Shown here piece by piece: positions 16,226 through 20,734 of a DNA stretch of 20,734 bases. Under the pieces are notes generated by a model. The model was not told the DNA's origin, did not search any database, and worked only from the letters and a program-made list of their open reading frames with translations. Origin of the DNA: Candidatus Hydrogenedentota bacterium (GTDB lineage: Bacteria > Hydrogenedentota > Hydrogenedentia > Hydrogenedentales > SLHB01); NCBI GenBank assembly GCA_045863335.1, contig BTVY01000075.1, positions 1 through 20,734 of the forward strand, read 5' to 3'. The number at the start of each line of letters is the position of its first letter. The first letter of the stretch is position 1. Made by a program: the position numbers and the translations under genes.

Positions 16226-17923
16226 CTAATCAACACGTCTTATCTCTACGTACAGCGCCCCTCTGTTCTGCCCCTCAGATGCGACCCAGCCGCGAAGGGT
16301 TGCCGGACCCGCGGGTAGGTTGATAATCGGAAGCGTCGTTTCGCGTTCACCTTCCTTCAGCGGATGCGTCACGTGAACGCCGCCGAGGCTGAAATGCGCT
16401 TGTCCGGGAAGCGCCTTTTCGTCAAAGCGCAAGGTGACTTCATACTGCCCGGCCTGGGCCACCTCGACCAGCCAGTACCCGCCGAGTCCATACCATTCGG
16501 GATCGCCTTCGCGCTGATCCTGAACCGTGAGGACCGCCGGGTTCTCCGCGCGGCTACCGATGGCGATGCGCGGCGGGATGGCGGCGCGTTCGCCGACAAC
16601 GTCCTCGAACCAGTTTTCGTAATCGCGGCGGAGTCGCGCGACGATGTCGGGGTGGTCAAGCGCGATATCGTTCGTCTCATAGGGGTCGCTCGCGATGTCG
16701 TAGAGTTCGACGCCGTTGACGAGTTTGTACTGCTGCGTGCGGATGGCGCAACTGTTGTACGGTTCCGGCGTGTCGCCACGATGCCATTGGAAAAAAAGCG
16801 AACGGTCTGTCCATGTCATGCTTTCTCCGGCAAGCAGCGGAAGCAGACTACGTCCATCGACGTCCATTGACTCCATGACGTCCAAGCCGCAGGCATCGAG
16901 AATAGTCGGCATCACGTCGATGTGCGCGCCGACGCGATCGACCACGCGCCCCGCCTGCAATCGCGCCGGCCACCGCACGAAGAAGGGCACGCGAATGCCG
17001 CCTTCGTATACCGAGCCTTTCGCGCCGCGCAAGTCGGCGTTCCAGCGCACGCCACCTTTCATCCCCTGCGGACCGTTGTCGGTCAGGTAGATGACCATGG
17101 TGTTGTCGGCCAAACCCAACGCATCGACCTTGTCCAGTAAACGCCCGACATTGTCGTCGATGTTGGTGATCATGGCGTAGACCTTCGCCACGTCGTCATC
17201 GAGTCCCATCGCGCGATAGGGCTCGACCAACTCGTCCTTGATGGTCAACGGCGTGTGCGGCGCGTTTGTGGGAAGGTAGACGAAGAACGGCTCCTTCTGA
17301 TGCTGCTCGATGAACTGCATCGCGGCATCGGTGTAGATGTCCGTGCAGTATCCGGTGAACTGTTTCAGTTCGCCGTTATCCAACAGGAAGGGATCGTAGT
17401 AGTCGTTGCCCGGCGGATTCGACGGCTGGCCAATGCCGCCGCCCTGATGCACGAGCGAAGTCTGAAAGCCCTGGTCCATGGGACGCAGCGGATAATTGTC
17501 GCCGAGATGCCACTTCCCGAAGATGCCGGTCGAGTAGCCGGCCTGCGACAGAATCTCCGCCACAGTCGTTTCGTCGGGGTACATCATGGCGCGCCCACGG
17601 TACGTGTCGATGGCGCCGGTGCGGTAGTTGTAGCGACCCGTCATCAGGCTCGCGCGGGTTGGAGCGCAAACGGGCGACACATAGAAAGAGTCGACCCGCG
17701 CGCTCTCATCATGGAGCCGGTCGAGGTTGGGCGTCCTGATATGCGGATTGCCGTGACACGCGAGATCGCCATAACCCTGATCGTCGGTCATGATCAGAAT
17801 GACGTTGGGCCGATCGGCCGCTTCCACACGCGTGCCGGAATGCGAAACAGCGGCGGCAAGACTGGCGCTTGCCAAAGTCTTGCCTGCCGCTGCGAGAAAC
17901 TGTCTACGATTGGTCGTATCCAT
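16226..17923 (-). CDS. Tat-exported Cys-type arylsulfatase (formylglycine-dependent)
   Basis: NRRQFL twin-arginine signal; RPNVILIMTDDQG, CAPTRASLMTG (CxPxR), GKWHLG, NAPH.P, TDNG, KGSVYEGGIRVP, ELYD...DPYE. Confidence 0.95.
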   Translation of the reverse strand: MDTTNRRQFLAAAGKTLASASLAAAVSHSGTRVEAADRPNVILIMTDDQGYGDLACHGNPHIRTPNLDRLHDESARVDSFYVSPVCAPTRASLMTGRYNYRTGAIDTYRGRAMMYPDETTVAEILSQAGYSTGIFGKWHLGDNYPLRPMDQGFQTSLVHQGGGIGQPSNPPGNDYYDPFLLDNGELKQFTGYCTDIYTDAAMQFIEQHQKEPFFVYLPTNAPHTPLTIKDELVEPYRAMGLDDDVAKVYAMITNIDDNVGRLLDKVDALGLADNTMVIYLTDNGPQGMKGGVRWNADLRGAKGSVYEGGIRVPFFVRWPARLQAGRVVDRVGAHIDVMPTILDACGLDVMESMDVDGRSLLPLLAGESMTWTDRSLFFQWHRGDTPEPYNSCAIRTQQYKLVNGVELYDIASDPYETNDIALDHPDIVARLRRDYENWFEDVVGERAAIPPRIAIGSRAENPAVLTVQDQREGDPEWYGLGGYWLVEVAQAGQYEVTLRFDEKALPGQAHFSLGGVHVTHPLKEGERETTLPIINLPAGPATLRGWVASEGQNRGALYVEIRRVD

Positions 17924-17959
17924 GCGGCCCTCCCGTTCATCCGGCCGCGATGGACCGGA

Positions 17960-19066
17960 TCAGCGCCTCAAGATACCACCGCGGCCCTGGCTCAGGAAAA
18001 TCCCCTGGAGGTTCATCTTGAGTTCGTCCGGGTTGTCGCTGTTCCACTCCGCCTCTTCCTGCGACACGAGGCCCTTCTTCACGAGTTCCACGAGGCTCAT
18101 GTTGAAGGTCTGCATCCCGTCTTCCTTACCGCCCGCAATGGCGTTGGGGATTTGCTTGAGGTTATTCTCCTTGATCAGCGATGCGATGGCCGGGCTATTG
18201 AAGAGGATCTCCACGGAAGGCACGCGACCCTCCCCGTCCTTAGACATCAACAGGCGCTGTGCCACGCAGGCCCGCAACTGCAGGGAAAGCTGCGAACGCA
18301 CCTGCGCATGCTGGTTGGACGGGAACAAGTCGACGATACGGTCCACCGTGAGCATAGCGTTCGTTGTGTGAAGCGTACTGAACACCAGGTGTCCCGTTTC
18401 CGCCGCGGAGATTGCAGCCTGGAACGTCTCGGCATCGCGCATTTCGCCGATGAGTATCACGTCCGGGTCCTCGCGCATGGCCGCGCGAAGGGCTGTCGCG
18501 AAATTCTTCGTATCAATATTGATCTCGCGCTGACTGATGATGCTCTTCTTGTTGTGGTGGAGGTACTCGATCGGATCTTCGAGCGTGACAATGTGACAGC
18601 GCCGATTCTCGTTGATGAGATCGATGATCGAAGCGAGGGTCGTTGATTTACCGCTACCCGTGGTACCCGTCACGAGCACCAGTCCGCGCGGCATACGGGT
18701 AATCGCTTCCAGGGAAGGCGGCAAGTTCAGATCGCTGAAACTGAGAATCTTCCCTTTCACGTGACGCATGACAATACCAACCGATCCGCGCTGCATCATG
18801 CAATTCACGCGAAATCGCCCCAGCCCCGGCACCCCCAGCGCCTGGTCCGCGTCGCCCGACTCCAGAAAGCGCTCTTTTTGCGTTTCCGTCATGATCTCGT
18901 CCAGGAACCGGATTGTATCTTCGGGATTGAGCGGCTCTGCCTCACGAATAAATCGAATGATGCCGTCAATCCGTACGGCGGGAGGGCTTCCCACAGTCAG
19001 GTGAACGTCAGAAGCGCCGTTCTTTACGGCGTACGTCAGAATCTTTTGGAGCGTTAACATATCCAT
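17960..19066 (-). CDS. pilT: Type IV pilus retraction ATPase, PilT/PilU family
   Basis: Start at ATG 19066 (GAGGGA RBS); ASDVHL, RFRVN, Walker A GTTGSGKST, TLEDPIEY, REDPDVILIGEMRD, ETGHLVFSTLH, AIASLIKE, GMQTF. PilT versus PilU is not resolved. Confidence 0.93.
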   Translation of the reverse strand: MDMLTLQKILTYAVKNGASDVHLTVGSPPAVRIDGIIRFIREAEPLNPEDTIRFLDEIMTETQKERFLESGDADQALGVPGLGRFRVNCMMQRGSVGIVMRHVKGKILSFSDLNLPPSLEAITRMPRGLVLVTGTTGSGKSTTLASIIDLINENRRCHIVTLEDPIEYLHHNKKSIISQREINIDTKNFATALRAAMREDPDVILIGEMRDAETFQAAISAAETGHLVFSTLHTTNAMLTVDRIVDLFPSNQHAQVRSQLSLQLRACVAQRLLMSKDGEGRVPSVEILFNSPAIASLIKENNLKQIPNAIAGGKEDGMQTFNMSLVELVKKGLVSQEEAEWNSDNPDELKMNLQGIFLSQGRGGILRR

Positions 19067-19106
19067 AGGTCCCTCGTTGGCCCCCGAGACTGCAAAATCG
19101 AGACGC

Positions 19107-19115
19107 AGTATACCA
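19107..19115 (-). promoter_or_regulatory. Candidate extended -10 promoter element for pilT
   Basis: TGgTATACT on the minus strand 40 bp upstream of ATG 19066, preceded by a T tract. Confidence 0.4.
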
Positions 19116-19235
19116 AAAAAACTTCTCATCAAACAAAGCCTGGCCCTGACAATTCAGAGGCTCAACGAGCCATTTGGAGACTCTCTCCGAAACCGTGCGC
19201 GCGACTGAAATCGGTCACGCCAAGGCCGTTTTTCC

Positions 19236-19264
19236 TTGCCAATTGCAGGGGGTGGGTATATACT
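19236..19264 (+). promoter_or_regulatory. Candidate sigma70 promoter for the glycosyltransferase
   Basis: TTGCCA-N17-TATACT, close to consensus, 80 bp upstream of ATG 19345. Confidence 0.6.
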
Positions 19265-19344
19265 GCTGTCGAGCTAGGATTCTATCCCATATGTCCGGAG
19301 TCGCGCCGTCGTATCGCGATGCCCGCATCGGATCGAGAAGGTCT

Positions 19345-20613
19345 ATGGAGAACCGTAAGAAACCTCGCGTCCTGTTCATGGCCGAGGATGTATCGCAATC
19401 GCATGTGGTACGCCCTCTTCTACTCGCGCAGTCGCTGGATGCCGCGCGCTATGACGTGTGTTTCGCGACCGGGAAGAACAGCGAACATCACGTGAAGGCG
19501 GGTGAACTCGCATACGTCGAAATCGAGACTGTCCCGTCGGAAATCTTCATGGCGCGCGCCAAGAAAGATAAACCCATCTTTCGCGGGGATGAACTTTGCC
19601 GTTCGGTAGAGGACGATCTGAGGATTTTCAAGGAGCTTCGCCCTGATTTCGTCGTGTGTGACTTCCGCGCCTCGGCGACCATCAGCGCTGAGATTACGGA
19701 TACGCCACTAATCTTCCTGTTGAACGCGCACTACGGCTCGTATTCCACGCAACCGCTGCCCGTGTTGGACACCCCGTTGCGGCCGCTGCTTGGCAAGCGC
19801 CTCGATGCCGCGTTCTTTCACCGGGTATTGCCGCTGGTGAAGAGAATCCATGCACGGCCGTTGAACCAGGCGAGACAGGCGTACGGCCTCGAGCCCCTCG
19901 ATAATATCCGCCAATGGATTGACTGGCCCAAGAAGTGCCAGAGTTGGTACCTGTATCTGGACGTACCGGAACTCTCTCCCACCAACCCACTGCCCGCAAA
20001 TCACCACTATATCGGCCCGGATATGTGGTCGCCGAATGTGCCGCTTCCCTCGTGGTGGGGTGATCTGCCGCCGGACAAGCCCGTCGTGTACCTCACCTTG
20101 GGCTATTCGGGGGAAGATTCGGTTTTGCCGGACCTCTTGAACGTCCTATCTGATTTTCCGGTTTCGGTTATCTTCTCGTCCGCAGGCAATCCCATCGACC
20201 TGCCGTTGCCGTCGAATCTGTTTGCCGCGGAATACCTGCCGGGCCACGATGCATGCAAGCGGGCGAACCTAATCCTCTGCAACGGGGGGAAAGGTACCGT
20301 TTACCAGTCGCTCAACGCCGGGACACCGGTGCTCGGCGTCACCTCGAACATCGACCAGTATTTCACGATGTGGCCCGTAGTCGAACAGGGTGCCGGAATC
20401 GCCCTTCGCGCCCGGCGACTTCGGCGGATCGAGGTTGCCCAGTCCATTGAGCGGTTGCTTCATGATGTGAGATTCCGGGGGTCGGCATTGCGAATGCAGG
20501 AGGCAATTTCACGGTACGACGCCAAACGGAACTTCTGCTCGTTTATGGACTCGATTGCCTACTCAAAAGCGCAATGGCATGTAGCCCCTGTATCCCGAAT
20601 GGAGGTTCCTTGA
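19345..20613 (+). CDS. GT-B fold glycosyltransferase, GT1/MGT-like
   Basis: Start at ATG 19345; RVLFMAEDVSQSHVVRP, RPDFVVCDFR, PVVYLTLG.SG, EYLPG......ANLILCNGG.GTVYQSL.AGTPVLG..SNIDQ (nucleotide-sugar binding motif). Confidence 0.88.
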   Translation: MENRKKPRVLFMAEDVSQSHVVRPLLLAQSLDAARYDVCFATGKNSEHHVKAGELAYVEIETVPSEIFMARAKKDKPIFRGDELCRSVEDDLRIFKELRPDFVVCDFRASATISAEITDTPLIFLLNAHYGSYSTQPLPVLDTPLRPLLGKRLDAAFFHRVLPLVKRIHARPLNQARQAYGLEPLDNIRQWIDWPKKCQSWYLYLDVPELSPTNPLPANHHYIGPDMWSPNVPLPSWWGDLPPDKPVVYLTLGYSGEDSVLPDLLNVLSDFPVSVIFSSAGNPIDLPLPSNLFAAEYLPGHDACKRANLILCNGGKGTVYQSLNAGTPVLGVTSNIDQYFTMWPVVEQGAGIALRARRLRRIEVAQSIERLLHDVRFRGSALRMQEAISRYDAKRNFCSFMDSIAYSKAQWHVAPVSRMEVP

Positions 20614-20679
20614 CTACCGACGGGGTGTCAAGCCCGTCTCAGTCCGTTACGGTGACGCGACTCTGATTTTGCATGCCCA

Positions 20680-20734
20680 ATCACTGGTGTCCGGTTAAGA
20701 TTCTGGTGTTACGTTGTAAAGCATTGCGAGGCTG
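20680..20734. repeat. Right copy of the 55-bp terminal inverted repeat
   Basis: ATCACTGGTGTCCGGTTAAGATTCTGGTGTTACGTTGTAAAGCATTGCGAGGCTG, the exact reverse complement of 1-55. Confidence 0.95.

Noticed and set aside
17255-18646. 463-aa plus-strand ORF
   Set aside because: Antisense to the sulfatase and pilT genes; no motifs.
20619-20638. GACGGG-N8-CCCGTC hairpin as an intrinsic terminator
   Set aside because: Only a 6-bp stem with no adjacent U tract.
1-20734. Linear plasmid, phage or autonomous transposon
   Set aside because: No replication, capsid, integrase or transposase gene; content is chromosomal metabolism and the repeat length equals a common assembly k-mer.

Overview
GC-rich bacterial genomic window, probably a whole assembly contig: its first and last 55 bp are perfect reverse complements. 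The left 6.5 kb is a minus-strand unit: ilvE-type aminotransferase, then a bacterial microcompartment (BMC) operon in the order BMC-Tdp, BMC-H, BMC-P, CPBP/CAAX intramembrane protease, acylating aldehyde dehydrogenase, PduT-like BMC-T, second BMC-P. As I recall it, this order matches the Haliangium ochraceum (HO)-type locus, with three twists. A membrane protease gene overlaps both neighbours inside the core, the aldehyde dehydrogenase has no visible encapsulation peptide, and no signature enzyme is present. All four large intergenic gaps of the unit hold one ~170-bp element made of inverted C5/C5/G5 arms around a unique spacer, with covarying cGNAg-triloop hairpins; I saw none elsewhere in the window. 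The rest is mostly carbohydrate and sulfate metabolism: a DegT-type aminotransferase, an FGE-like/BNR/GDPD triple fusion, a GH5 + DUF2961/GH172 pair, a SAM methyltransferase, a GH4 alpha-galactosidase and a Tat-exported sulfatase. An orphan HTH antitoxin-like gene, a PilT/PilU ATPase and a GT1-like glycosyltransferase complete it. Family calls come from motifs read by eye; no searches were run.
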